Source: an uncultured virus (IMG/VR IMGVR_UViG_3300009378_000006) (taxonomy: Duplodnaviria > Heunggongvirae > Uroviricota > Caudoviricetes). From it: a stretch of 64,000 nt of DNA. Under the pieces are notes generated by a model that worked only from the letters and a program-made list of their open reading frames with translations, was not told where the DNA came from and made no database searches. Position 1 is the first letter of the stretch; each line of letters opens with the position of its first letter. Shown piece after piece: positions 38,201-47,502 of this stretch. The stretch lies in IMG/VR virus record IMGVR_UViG_3300009378_000006; one strand, 5' to 3'. The position numbers and the translations under genes are program-made.

Positions 38201-39737
38201 GAACCACGAGGCGGACGGCTCCGGCCGACCGAACCCGGACTTCTACCTGGACCTCAACCTCAGCGTGGTCATCGGGGCGCAGATCCTCCGTGACACCGTC
38301 ACGGGCATCCCCTTCGACAACGACTACCTGGGGACCTCCGACATCTACCTGCAGTACCACGCGCTGCGCCTGGACCTGAGCCCGTCGGCCGACAGCCCGG
38401 CGCTGCTCATCGTGGAGGACACCACCACGCTCGAGTCCATCCTGGATCCGCTGACCGCGGACAACCCGCTGGGCCTGGGCCTGTTCTTCGCCAAGCTGAA
38501 CGCCCCGGGCGTGAGCGTGGCGGGGCTCGGCGTCGACGAGGTGACCGCGGCCATGCCGGAGGGCACCCTGACGGCCTACACCCAGGCCGCCGAGTTCCTC
38601 GAGAGCGAGGAGGTCTACGCTCTCGCGCCGCTGACCCACGAGGAGGTGGTGCACCAGCTGTTCAAGACCCACGTCGACTACATGAGCGGGTCGGACCTGC
38701 GCGGCGAGCGCATCGTCTTCATCAACCCGGAGGTCCCGGACGAGGAGGCGCCGACGACGGCCGCCAGCGGCACCGACGGCAACAGCACCGGCGCGGACAA
38801 CCAGTTCATCGTCGACGAGAACCCCCACACCGCCCTCGTGGCGGCGGGGGTCGCCAACCCGGCGGTCATGCCGGTGAGCGACGGGGTGTACCTCGAGATC
38901 ACCGTCGGCGGTGAGCAGCGGCGGTACAACCTCAGCGCCATCAACGGAGCGCTGGTCACCATCAACCTGACCTTCGCGGCCGGGGAGAACGACGACAGCT
39001 TCTACTCCACCGAGACGCTCCTGGCCGGCCTGCTCATCAGCGTCGACTGGGCCATCAAGGTCCGGGGCGACGCCCTGGTGGTGGCCGGGGTCTCCGACCT
39101 CGACGGCATCGCCACGGCGGTGGCCACGGTCGCCTCGACCTACGCCGACCGCCGGGTCTACTACGTCTTCCCGGACTCGGTGACCGCGGAGCTCGACGCC
39201 GGGACGGCGGCGCTGCCGGCCTACTACGCCTGCTGCGCCATCGCCGGCATGGTGGGCCAGCTGGTGCCCCAGCAGGGCTTCACCAACTACCCGATGACCG
39301 GCTTCACGGGGGTCACCGGGTCGAACGACATCTTCAAGGACTCGCTGCTCGACGAGATCGCCGGCGGCGGGGTGTACATCCTCATCCAGGAGGCGGACGG
39401 GGCTCCGGTCATCTGCCGCCACCAGCTGTCCACGGACGTCACCAGCATCGAGACGAGGGAGCTCTCCATCACCAAGGTGGTGGACTTCACCGCCAAGACG
39501 CTGCGGACGGGCCTGCGCAACTTCCTGGGGATCTACAACATCACCCCGGCGTTCATGGACACCCTGACCACGGTGGTCGACGGCATGCTCGACTTCCTCA
39601 AGCAGGGTGGCGTGCTCATCGGAGCCTCGCTGAACAGCATCAGCCAGGACACGACCAACCCGGACACGGTCCTCATCGACGTGACCCTGGAGGTCCCGTA
39701 CCCGTGCAACTACATCAGGGTTACCTTGGTTGTCTGA
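35202..39737 (+). CDS. Tail sheath protein, unusually large (1511 aa)
   Basis: N-terminal KPNVSVIQE; C-terminal sheath domain (PQQGFTNYP, ICRHQLST, RELSITKVVDF, VPYPCNYIRVTLVV). Confidence 0.9.
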   Translation: MAALAKPNVSVIQEFATTSPTILVPTLRPCVVGPALEVVEVLDDAGAINDDAKDGAYDQFQQVVTQTSFPDPRGNLDELDIQESTIRAFLTFGGAMYELDNGDSLYGTYGSSFLAFANWASRAAIIASGPENYAFGAGLLLAFCVDNPLRTDTSSDITVELTGTLTAEDTADEINAAAGETIAYSIEVAPGDTRLVLVSNTYGAGSSLTIRASSGAAGILYSGLPLSGVEEYRIEGCGFRGQDDGDVDTTTPWIEFFRGEEYMDGVAAGAAAWQAEGNLRDELDVFTNARAAARTYSGVSPDVPLQAATAVLPGDIFYADGAQVGTTAEVIEVQQDRFRLGVLDSENSVFDDDGVPTSRVYTEFEVGNLFDGTPLAPQYCWFGAQGLVEGNIVPTPVAAALTGSTEASAALFGYLVGGPVATANFPLLIGNKRLYLRATVDGVRGAEQTVLFSGTFNSMADVAAAITAQATDIIATSYTDVTAAEQYLTLQTGATGADQAVEVSETGAFNAVTDLEMDAASRSGGSGVGVDAEFSTQAFVTGGPDDGETPGPYVFPLVGGELLDYTVTDRNGTTLSLAYTLDAADVGAPAANTWAGLAAHLNAGGNGTALPANGMPNCPMVEFIGDDTANARGLTIRVLEGGSGTAIDVDEATTHANFSFAGARVAATADIVIAGGDPGAAAAITVDTTELGGAARVSAAAGGGPTDWVITAGDIPATIASLAAGLSAHPDITAVDNGVDTVTVTVATTGWRGNLCTIVSSDFTNMTIQGGAVIAFLTGGTATSTQTALIGPATAGGDILTVDTAAVGGSQVDYEAGGVDWVGNGAAGASSLVTAINTGPQNGEVYAHNLDAVGAAQATVTLYALNPDGYLANLCWAQTTDFAQINVAGAGDLLEHEFTGGTEDNDNDTGADVLTGEEFAFQLDYNPHEWVVTPANDSLDDLIEMINEEVNDNIVATAGGTNTRQLVLTSLLLGQASRVEVLADTASRIITSAALGMATPNHEADGSGRPNPDFYLDLNLSVVIGAQILRDTVTGIPFDNDYLGTSDIYLQYHALRLDLSPSADSPALLIVEDTTTLESILDPLTADNPLGLGLFFAKLNAPGVSVAGLGVDEVTAAMPEGTLTAYTQAAEFLESEEVYALAPLTHEEVVHQLFKTHVDYMSGSDLRGERIVFINPEVPDEEAPTTAASGTDGNSTGADNQFIVDENPHTALVAAGVANPAVMPVSDGVYLEITVGGEQRRYNLSAINGALVTINLTFAAGENDDSFYSTETLLAGLLISVDWAIKVRGDALVVAGVSDLDGIATAVATVASTYADRRVYYVFPDSVTAELDAGTAALPAYYACCAIAGMVGQLVPQQGFTNYPMTGFTGVTGSNDIFKDSLLDEIAGGGVYILIQEADGAPVICRHQLSTDVTSIETRELSITKVVDFTAKTLRTGLRNFLGIYNITPAFMDTLTTVVDGMLDFLKQGGVLIGASLNSISQDTTNPDTVLIDVTLEVPYPCNYIRVTLVV

Positions 39738-40421
39738 CGCAGATGGTCTAACATTCCGGGTGGAGGCCCGGAATGGGGAAGGTCAAGAAGTGCAAGATCT
39801 CAGTCTGCAGCAAGAAGATGCACGCCAGGGGGTTCTGTTCGACCCACTACGCGTACTGGAGGGCCGGCATCTTCGACCTGGAGGGCAACCAGCTCAGGCC
39901 GTTTGCACGCAAGGGCTCGTGGAAGGGCCACACGTGCAAGCAGGAGGGCTGCGATGACCCAGTGCGAGCGCGGGGATGGTGCAATCGGCACTACCTGCAA
40001 GTACGTAGTGGCATCATCGACGAGAGTGGCAATCAGCTTCGGGACCCCAAACGGCGAAAGCCACGGAAGGGGTACAGGTACTACCTGAAGGAGTACCTGA
40101 AGGTGCGGGCGCCCGATGGCCACCCGCACACGGACAAGGACGGCTACATCCTCGAGCACCGTCTCGTGATGGAGCAACACTTGGGCCGCTTCCTGGAGCC
40201 GGGAGAGGTCGTCCACCACCTCAACGGGGTGCGGGACGACAACCGGATTGAGAACCTGCAGCTCCGAAGGAGCCGCAAGGAGCATGGGCACGGCCACGAA
40301 AGGCTGGACGATGTGAGTGCTGCTCTGGCACTGTTGGAGCAGCTGGTGAACAAGGGGATGACTGATGGCCGCGAGACCAAACAGAGGCTGCAACGTCTGG
40401 CCCGTCGCCTCTGACTACATC
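39717..40421 (+). mobile_element. HNH endonuclease cassette inserted in the 3' end of the sheath gene
   Basis: Bounded by ACTACATC direct repeats (39709-39716 and 40414-40421); lower GC3. Confidence 0.75.
39773..40414 (+). CDS. HNH homing endonuclease with two N-terminal CxxxxC...CxxH Zn repeats
   Basis: EHRLVME..LGR.L...[26 protein letters not shown] and ARGWCNRHY. Confidence 0.9.
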   Translation: MGKVKKCKISVCSKKMHARGFCSTHYAYWRAGIFDLEGNQLRPFARKGSWKGHTCKQEGCDDPVRARGWCNRHYLQVRSGIIDESGNQLRDPKRRKPRKGYRYYLKEYLKVRAPDGHPHTDKDGYILEHRLVMEQHLGRFLEPGEVVHHLNGVRDDNRIENLQLRRSRKEHGHGHERLDDVSAALALLEQLVNKGMTDGRETKQRLQRLARRL

Positions 40422-40500
40422 CGCGTCACCCTGGTGGTCTGATACGGTTGTAGCCCGGCTGGTAGGTGCAACCTCGCGCCTCCAGCCCTGGAGGTGAGAG

Positions 40501-41346
40501 ATGACCCAGGTACAAGCGTCGGCGGTCAAGGCCGATGCCGAGATGGATGTCTCCCCGGAGACCCTCAAGGCGCTGAGCCCGTTCCAGGACACGAGCCAGG
40601 CCTTCATCACGGTCCTCGACAACGACTCCCTCACCGGCGTCCAGGTCAACCTCGACCTCACGCTCATCGGTGGCGGGGTCACGGCCTACGTGGAGGGTGC
40701 GGCCTGGAACGCCGGGACGACCGCCGCCCTCTCGGCCACGGCACTGGCCGCGGCGATGAACGCGGACATGGTCGCCCAGGGCGGCACGGCCGTGGCGGTC
40801 GACGAGACGGTCGTCCTGACGACCAACAACGGCACGGACTTCGCCATCTTCCCGACCGTCGGGTCGGACGACCCCACGGTGCTGCTCATCAACGACGCGT
40901 GGGGCTCCGGCCTCGAGCCGTTCCACAGCTTCTGGGACTCGGAGTTCAACGGCGGCGACAACATCGCCATGAACGCCAACGACTACCTGCACCTCTACCT
41001 GGTGTTCGCCATCGTGGCGGGCAGCACGGTGACCCAGGTGCAGCTGCGGCTGCGGTACGGGATGGGCGAGGCCAGCCGGGGCCACGGCAAGATGTACGAC
41101 GAGGTGGGTCTGGACCTGGGCCTCGCCGCCGCCGGGGTGCTCCCCATCGACACCCCGATCACGGAGTACCAGTTCACCGTGGCGGCCCCGGCCGCCGGGG
41201 TGCAGTGGTACTACAAGCGGCTCACCATCCCGGTCAACGACCCGATGGTGAAGGTCCTGGTGACCACGGACAACCAGCCCGACGCAGACGACGGCCTGGA
41301 GATCCTCTACATGAGGACGATGCGCGACAGCGTCACGGGCCAGTAG
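40501..41346 (+). CDS. Virion structural protein (beta-rich)
   Basis: Acidic, Ala/Thr/Val-rich, in the tail region. Confidence 0.6.
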   Translation: MTQVQASAVKADAEMDVSPETLKALSPFQDTSQAFITVLDNDSLTGVQVNLDLTLIGGGVTAYVEGAAWNAGTTAALSATALAAAMNADMVAQGGTAVAVDETVVLTTNNGTDFAIFPTVGSDDPTVLLINDAWGSGLEPFHSFWDSEFNGGDNIAMNANDYLHLYLVFAIVAGSTVTQVQLRLRYGMGEASRGHGKMYDEVGLDLGLAAAGVLPIDTPITEYQFTVAAPAAGVQWYYKRLTIPVNDPMVKVLVTTDNQPDADDGLEILYMRTMRDSVTGQ

Positions 41347-41355
41347 GAGGCAACC

Positions 41356-42927
41356 ATGCTCGGAGCCATCAAGCACGGCCTCCACACCCTGACCTCGGCC
41401 ATCGCCTCGGCGCTGGGCGCCAAGTCCTTTGCTCAGCGTGTGCCCGTACACGTCGGCACGACCGAGTTCACCATGGGTGGTGCCCCGGCGCAGGGCTTCG
41501 CCCTCATCGCTGCGGAGTTCCCTGGCGGTGCCGGCACCCTCGCCATCGGCGGCCCCGCAAGTACGACCGACGGCGGGTACGAGGCAGCGGTCTCGGCGGG
41601 CTTCGCCGCCGGGGTCATGACCCCGAGCGCCACGGACTACCTGGCGGTCGACGACGAGATCATCAACCGGGTCGACCTCTACAACGCCGACACCGGGGAG
41701 CCGTTCGAGACGGCCGAGGGTGAGCAGATCTTCGGGCTCCTCCAGGCCGCCAATGGCGCGGTCGATGGGGACGCCATCGTGGACGCCCCGAATCCCGAGA
41801 ACGTCCAGATCAGCTTCGTGTACCTGCCCCGGGCCAACCCGGCGCTGAACAACATGCAGCTGGTCAACCTGGACGCGGGGCAGGACGTCCGCTTCGGCCT
41901 CCGACTGCACCGCATCCTGGTCAACATGTCGTACGCCACGATGGTCATGGGCGGGGACCCGATCCCTGACGTGGTCACCAGCGTGTACTACATCCCCTCG
42001 TTCAACGGCGCCGTGCTGGCGAACTACCCCGAGGGCTCCATCGTGGTCGCCGTGGACACCGGCGAGGTCCGCAGCGTCGCCGTGGGTGGCGCGAACTGGG
42101 AGTACCTCGGCAAGGGCACCCCAGCCACACTCACCGGAGCCGCAGCCGACACCACCATCACCGACTTCGACGGGCTCAAGACCATCCTCGTCGACTGCGA
42201 CGGCGCCGACCGGACGCTGGTGCTGCCGACGCTGGCGGACAACCTCGGCCGGCCCATCACCATCGTGAAGATCGACGCCGGGGCCGACCAGGTCATCCTC
42301 GACGGTGAGGGGGTCGAGACCATCAATGGTGCAGAGGAGCAGGCGCTCTCCCGACGCCGTCAGCGCATGACGGTGCTGGGGACCCCCACCGAGTGGGTGG
42401 TGCTCGAGGGCGACGCGGTTCCCGACGAGGTCTTGCTGCGCACCCTGAACCTGTGGATCGGTGGCCCGGCCGGCGGGCCTCCTGGGGCGGCGGTGGCCTA
42501 CCTCGAGTCCATGGACTTCGCGGCCGCTGGCGGCGAGGAGGTCGTGGGGTCGTTCGTGCTGGGCCCGGATTACATCCCCGGCCGGGGCCTGGAGATCGAG
42601 TTCCTGTACTCCAGCGATGCGGCCGCGGCCTCGAACGCGCTGTTCTCCACCTCCACGGCGCTCTTCCGCACGGGAACGGACACGGACTCCAATCCGCCGA
42701 CCAACCTGCACGCGGACAACGCCAACGCGGTGCCCGAGAGCGCGCCGGTCGACGTGACCACCCTCTCTCCACGCTTCGAGCTCACCGACGGGGCGGGGCA
42801 GATCAACGGCCTCACCCCCGCGGTTGGTGACAACATCGCGGTGCTGCTCGCGCGTGACGCAGGTGACCCCAGCGCCGCCGTCTTCCGGGTCTACATCGAG
42901 GCCCGCGTGTACATGATGGGAGCGTAG
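41356..42927 (+). CDS. Tail fiber/appendage-like protein
   Basis: Contains TILVD....RTLVLP....GRPITIVKID...ETING, a module typical of fiber proteins. Confidence 0.6.
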   Translation: MLGAIKHGLHTLTSAIASALGAKSFAQRVPVHVGTTEFTMGGAPAQGFALIAAEFPGGAGTLAIGGPASTTDGGYEAAVSAGFAAGVMTPSATDYLAVDDEIINRVDLYNADTGEPFETAEGEQIFGLLQAANGAVDGDAIVDAPNPENVQISFVYLPRANPALNNMQLVNLDAGQDVRFGLRLHRILVNMSYATMVMGGDPIPDVVTSVYYIPSFNGAVLANYPEGSIVVAVDTGEVRSVAVGGANWEYLGKGTPATLTGAAADTTITDFDGLKTILVDCDGADRTLVLPTLADNLGRPITIVKIDAGADQVILDGEGVETINGAEEQALSRRRQRMTVLGTPTEWVVLEGDAVPDEVLLRTLNLWIGGPAGGPPGAAVAYLESMDFAAAGGEEVVGSFVLGPDYIPGRGLEIEFLYSSDAAAASNALFSTSTALFRTGTDTDSNPPTNLHADNANAVPESAPVDVTTLSPRFELTDGAGQINGLTPAVGDNIAVLLARDAGDPSAAVFRVYIEARVYMMGA

Positions 42928-42928
42928 G

Positions 42929-43114
42929 ATGGGTGGCTACTCTCAGATTCCTGGTGGCGGTGGTGGCGGTGGGACTCCGACTCCTCCCGTTCCGCAGTTC
43001 GCGATCTCCGAGGACCTCATCGAGGAGGAGGTCTACGACAACAACTGCGTCCCCGATGCCCAGGAGGGCCTGTGGGACGTCGACAACCCGACCGATACCA
43101 CTGTGTACCCGTGA
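42929..43114 (+). CDS. Small hypothetical protein
   Basis: Fills the gap between structural genes. Confidence 0.5.
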   Translation: MGGYSQIPGGGGGGGTPTPPVPQFAISEDLIEEEVYDNNCVPDAQEGLWDVDNPTDTTVYP

Positions 43115-43125
43115 GGTAGAGCATC

Positions 43126-44100
43126 ATGGCGAACCCCTCGAACCTCCCCGACCTCAACTGGACGCTCAGCGGCATGAAGCGCTTCGAGCTGGAGCACGGT
43201 GACTCCGGCATCGGGCTGCTCGAGACGCTGTACGACCTGGTCACGGCCAGCACGCACTGGGACGTCGTCTCGTTCGACCCCGGCTTCACGTGGATCGAGG
43301 TGGCCCCCAAGGACGCCGGCGCGGTCGGCCTGGACGACATGCGGGCCATCTTCCGCAACGGAGCGGCCACGAACCGCCTCCGTGGTGGGCCGTGGAACGC
43401 CGACGACATCAGCGTGGGGGTACACCCCAACGTCTCCGGCGCAGGAGCCATGGCGGACCACGACAGCACCACGCCGTGGGGCGGTGGCGCAAGTTGGGCG
43501 TTCTCCAACTACGTGCGCTGCGTGGACATCGCCGCCATCGACATGATCCAGATCGTGGAGTCCGAAGAGGTTCTGGTGCTCATCGGTTACGACTGGGCGG
43601 CTGACCAGATGCACTGCCTCACGATGGTCGGGTTCTGGCTGGATCCCGTCACCGAGGAGAACGGTATCGACTTCTACTCCGAGGGCAGCATCGGCCGCAT
43701 CGTCGGCATGCAGAACACGGAGAACATGCAGGTCTCCAACGGCTTCTGGAACTCCACCAACAACCTGCTCAACTACAACAACGGTGCGAACAACAACAGC
43801 ATGTACTGCCTGAAGCCGGACGGCACGACCTGGAGCCACGTGCAGAGGTTCGAGGTCACCGGGTACCCGACTGAGCAGCGTCACGTCACTATGGACCCCG
43901 GAGCTGTGGTGACGCGGGTCAACTACTACTACATCACGGGCAGTCAGTACGCAGGCACGTCCCGCCAGTGGGGAATGACCTCGGACGGTATGGGTGTGCG
44001 TGCGCGTAGGGAGGGCGGCCCCAGCGGTGACCTCAAGCAGATCGCCGTATCGTCGGTGCCCCGCGGCGAGGCGGACTCCGTGGGCTTCGCCAACGTGTAG
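43126..44100 (+). CDS. Virion protein, paralog A
   Basis: Colinear similarity to 44110..45063. Confidence 0.7.
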   Translation: MANPSNLPDLNWTLSGMKRFELEHGDSGIGLLETLYDLVTASTHWDVVSFDPGFTWIEVAPKDAGAVGLDDMRAIFRNGAATNRLRGGPWNADDISVGVHPNVSGAGAMADHDSTTPWGGGASWAFSNYVRCVDIAAIDMIQIVESEEVLVLIGYDWAADQMHCLTMVGFWLDPVTEENGIDFYSEGSIGRIVGMQNTENMQVSNGFWNSTNNLLNYNNGANNNSMYCLKPDGTTWSHVQRFEVTGYPTEQRHVTMDPGAVVTRVNYYYITGSQYAGTSRQWGMTSDGMGVRARREGGPSGDLKQIAVSSVPRGEADSVGFANV

Positions 44101-44109
44101 GAGGACAGC

Positions 44110-45063
44110 GTGAGCGACACCAATTTGCCCAAGCTCACCTGGGATACGAGCGCGGTGGTGAACCTCGCCGCGGGGCACGGCCAGGATGGTGCGGGGATGG
44201 TCGAGACCATCCACGACATCATCGACGCCAGCACCTACTGGCGGGTGGTGAGCGAGCACGGCACCTTCGACTGGATCGAGATCGCGCCGAAGGTCGGCGA
44301 GGACTGCGAGGACATGCGTGTCCTCGTGCGCCACACCGTCCCGACCAACAAGATTCGGGCCTACACCTCTGGCGTCGACGACCTGTACGTCGGCATCCAC
44401 CCCAACGTGGGCGGCGCAGCGCTGGTGGACCACGACGCGGTGGACCCGTGGGGTGGCGCGACCGGCTACGCTTTCAGCCAGTACGCCAACGCCTTCCACG
44501 CAACCGCTGTCTCTGGGGTCGAGGACCTCATGGTCATCGAGTGCGAGGAGGCGCTGCACATCCTGGGCCTGGACACCGGGGGCAACCTGCGGCACGCCTT
44601 CTTGGGGCACCTCTTGGACCCCCGCTCCTCCATCAACGGCGACGACTTCTACTCGGAGACGCCTGCGGTGTACCGAAAGCTGGCGTTGTTCTCCAGCGAG
44701 GACAAGGTGGCCCAGAACGGCTTCTGGAACACGGGCAACGACTTCCTCACGTACAACAACGGCGCAAACAACCACCTGTGCTACACCTTGCGCCCGGACG
44801 GCGTCTGGGCGCACATGCAGCGCCTCGAGCAGACTCCTTTCCTCACGACCACACGCAATACGGATGCGGGTGGGCGCGAGTACTCTTTCCCGGTGTCGTA
44901 CTTCCACATCAACCAGACGTTCGCTGGGGTATCGCGCCAGTGGGGCACGACCAACAACATGCAGGGGGTCGTCGAGCAGGAGGTGGCGGCTGTTCTGGTG
45001 CGAGTACAGGTCGGGGCGCACAGGTCTTCGGACCAGCATGCCATGGCGCACAACAACGAGTAG
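44110..45063 (+). CDS. Virion protein, paralog B
   Basis: Shared motifs WIE.APK, VG.HPNV, PWGG, NGFWN, YNNGANN, SRQWG. Confidence 0.7.
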   Translation: MSDTNLPKLTWDTSAVVNLAAGHGQDGAGMVETIHDIIDASTYWRVVSEHGTFDWIEIAPKVGEDCEDMRVLVRHTVPTNKIRAYTSGVDDLYVGIHPNVGGAALVDHDAVDPWGGATGYAFSQYANAFHATAVSGVEDLMVIECEEALHILGLDTGGNLRHAFLGHLLDPRSSINGDDFYSETPAVYRKLALFSSEDKVAQNGFWNTGNDFLTYNNGANNHLCYTLRPDGVWAHMQRLEQTPFLTTTRNTDAGGREYSFPVSYFHINQTFAGVSRQWGTTNNMQGVVEQEVAAVLVRVQVGAHRSSDQHAMAHNNE

Positions 45064-45072
45064 GAGGACGAC

Positions 45073-45366
45073 GTGGCGTACAGCGCGGTGCCAGGAGGTG
45101 GGAAGCCCGGCGTGCCCTTCCGTCCGCGCAACGCAGTGCCGGTGCCGCGCAAGGGCCCGAAGCGGCCCAAGAGACCGGAGAACGACGAAGAGCGCGCCGC
45201 GATGGAGCAGTGGAAGGCGGACAAGAGGCGCAAGGCCGAGGAGCGCTACGCGCGGCAGGAGGCCGACCGCATCCAGACCGAGAAGGAGCGGGCCAAGGAG
45301 GAGAAGGACAAGAGGGGTCCGAAGGACGATAAACTGGGTGGAGGGGAGAAGGGTCCGCAGCCATGA
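45073..45366 (+). CDS. Small charged hypothetical protein
   Basis: SD AGGAGG plus GTG start. Confidence 0.5.
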   Translation: MAYSAVPGGGKPGVPFRPRNAVPVPRKGPKRPKRPENDEERAAMEQWKADKRRKAEERYARQEADRIQTEKERAKEEKDKRGPKDDKLGGGEKGPQP

Positions 45367-45459
45367 CGACAAGTGACGAAGCGCTCGCCCTGTGGGATGA
45401 GAGCCTGACGTCGTTGGAGAACAGCCAGGCTGAAGCACGGGCGACCATGAGGAGCTGGA

Positions 45460-45924
45460 ATGGGGACGGACGACAAGAAGGGTACTGCTCCCCCGGCGGA
45501 AACGACAGATGCGGCGTTCCTCAGAACGGTGATCGACCTGGCGGAGCGGACCGCCTCATCGTTGCGGGGCCAGGAGGACATCTCCGCGGAGATGGTCCGC
45601 ACCACCCAGCACTGCTTGGACGAGCGGAAGGAAGCCGAGCAGCTGACGCAGGGACGGATCGACGCCCTGATCAAGTCCAAGGACGAGAACGCCAAGGCAC
45701 TCGTGAAGGCTCTGGAGGAGCTGACGAAGAAGGTCACGGAGGTCTGCGCCTTGGCCCCACGACAGCCGAAATGGCTGTGGTGTTTCCGGGAGCTGGTGTC
45801 TCTGGTGGAGAAGAAGCCGCTGGCGACGATGGCGACACTGCTCGGGCTGATGCTGTTCGCCGTGGTCTTGGCCGAGCTCGGGTGGAACATCACCGACTGG
45901 ATTCAACCACCGTCGGGTGGGTAG
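45460..45924 (+). CDS. Coiled-coil protein with a C-terminal TM helix (holin-like, tentative)
   Basis: SD GAGGAG; LATMATLLGLMLFAVVLA. Confidence 0.55.
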   Translation: MGTDDKKGTAPPAETTDAAFLRTVIDLAERTASSLRGQEDISAEMVRTTQHCLDERKEAEQLTQGRIDALIKSKDENAKALVKALEELTKKVTEVCALAPRQPKWLWCFRELVSLVEKKPLATMATLLGLMLFAVVLAELGWNITDWIQPPSGG

Positions 45925-45989
45925 TTGGCCTGGTGGTGTTCCTGATGGGTCTGGGGGCTGTCGCGCAGCTCCTCACGGGAGGATAGCTC

Positions 45990-46019
45990 TCGACACTACG
46001 TGTCGGGGTGTTCTACAGT
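45990..46019 (+). promoter_or_regulatory. Possible sigma70-like promoter
   Basis: TCGACA-18 nt-TACAGT in a ~200-bp intergenic gap. Confidence 0.35.
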
Positions 46020-46121
46020 AATCGCAACCGGCCCGGCCAACGGTGGGCGCATCGGGCGTGCCACAGGACCTGACCCAAAAGGCTGGTCCCGGCTGGGGGC
46101 CATGAATCAAGGGATACACAG

Positions 46122-47489
46122 ATGACGCGTGCACGCACTCGCATCCCGCTGCTCCCCCACTTCAACCTGGGGAACCGGCAGCGGAGGCATCACCGCTTCC
46201 TGGATGAGGTCCGCGAGGTCCTGGCCAGGGGGCTCCTCTCCCCCATCGACGATGGAGCCTTCCCCCACGCCGCCGGCGTGTCGGGCACCTTCGCGCCGGC
46301 GGTGGCCCAGCCCGTCACCCTGACGGGGACCCACTTCCTGCAGGACGGCGTCCAGGCGGTCGGCGCCACGGACGCCCTCGTCGCCGCCGCCGACGTGGAC
46401 TGGAAGGTCATCACCCCCGGCCTGGCCGGCAACAACATGACCCTGTCCATCGTGGACGGTGGCGGTGGTGCCCCGACGGTGGTCACCACCCCGACGGCCA
46501 CCTCCGTCGTGGTCACCCTGGACGTGGCCGGTGGTGTGACCGCCACCGCCGTCATCGCAGCGGTCGCCGCGCACGCCACGGCTCGCGGCATGATCATCGG
46601 TGTGGCCTCCGGTGGTGGTGGTGGCAACGTCACCGCGCAGGTGGCCACCTTCTCCGGTGGCATCGGTGAGGGCGACTACGGCGTCGAGATCGCCGCCGTG
46701 GCCCAGACCATCCTGGACTGGACCGCCACCTCCATCAGCGCCGAGCTGGACCTGAGCGGCTTCAGCCACGGCGACCTGGTCGAGATGATCATCATCGCCG
46801 ACGGCATCGAGTACCGCTTCAACGCGCTGTGCTCCGCCGGTGGCCGGGTGGGCACGGGCCACTTCCTGGGCACCCCGGGCCTGATCGCCGACGGTGACAC
46901 GTTCACCATCAACGGCCGGTCCTACGGCTGCTACCTGGCGCTGCCGGGCCCCGGCACCGAGGACGTCGAGATCCTCATCACGGCCGTGGACGTCGACACC
47001 AACGTCGACGAGGTCGTGGCCGGCGTCAACGGCGACGCGCTCCGCGAGGTCGACGCGGCCCCGGTCGGTCCGGCCGCCGCGTTCACCGGCGTGGGCTTCG
47101 TGCCGCACACCCCGGCGGGCAACTACGCGCTCGTCCACACCATGACCAACTGGGTCTGGTCCGAGGGCGCCTCGCCGTCGGCCCTGACCGACGGGTCGGG
47201 CAACCCGCTGACCGTCGTGCCGTTCCAGCACACCGTCAGCGCCGGCGAGGGAGCCGAGCTGGCCGCGGGCCGCTGGATCCAGATCGCCAGCTTCCCGAGC
47301 GCCAACGCTCCCATCCTGGCCGGGTTCGTCCTGATGGACGCCACGGGCAGCCACTACTCCAAGGCCAACGTCGAGACGCAGGTCGCCTTCGACGGAGCCA
47401 CGGGGATGTACAACCTCCAGATGCTCGACCCCGGTGGTGCCATCGGCATCGCCGCGACCGACATCGTCTCCGGCTTCCTGGCCGTGTAG
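46122..47489 (+). CDS. Virion structural protein with sheath-insertion-like beta domains
   Basis: PGLAGNNMTLSIVDG...TFSGG pattern. Confidence 0.6.
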   Translation: MTRARTRIPLLPHFNLGNRQRRHHRFLDEVREVLARGLLSPIDDGAFPHAAGVSGTFAPAVAQPVTLTGTHFLQDGVQAVGATDALVAAADVDWKVITPGLAGNNMTLSIVDGGGGAPTVVTTPTATSVVVTLDVAGGVTATAVIAAVAAHATARGMIIGVASGGGGGNVTAQVATFSGGIGEGDYGVEIAAVAQTILDWTATSISAELDLSGFSHGDLVEMIIIADGIEYRFNALCSAGGRVGTGHFLGTPGLIADGDTFTINGRSYGCYLALPGPGTEDVEILITAVDVDTNVDEVVAGVNGDALREVDAAPVGPAAAFTGVGFVPHTPAGNYALVHTMTNWVWSEGASPSALTDGSGNPLTVVPFQHTVSAGEGAELAAGRWIQIASFPSANAPILAGFVLMDATGSHYSKANVETQVAFDGATGMYNLQMLDPGGAIGIAATDIVSGFLAV

Positions 47490-47502
47490 GAAGGAGCAGA
47501 AC

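Noticed and set aside
39717..40421. HNH insert as a group I intron
   Set aside because: The sheath ORF is already complete before the insert, and there is no room for a ribozyme core around the HNH ORF.
43126..45063. Paralog pair as DGR template and variable repeats
   Set aside because: Divergence is general rather than adenine-specific, and no reverse transcriptase is in the window.
45925..46121. Intergenic gap as a structured ncRNA or tRNA
   Set aside because: Only short hairpins and a weak promoter match; no cloverleaf or recognisable riboswitch.
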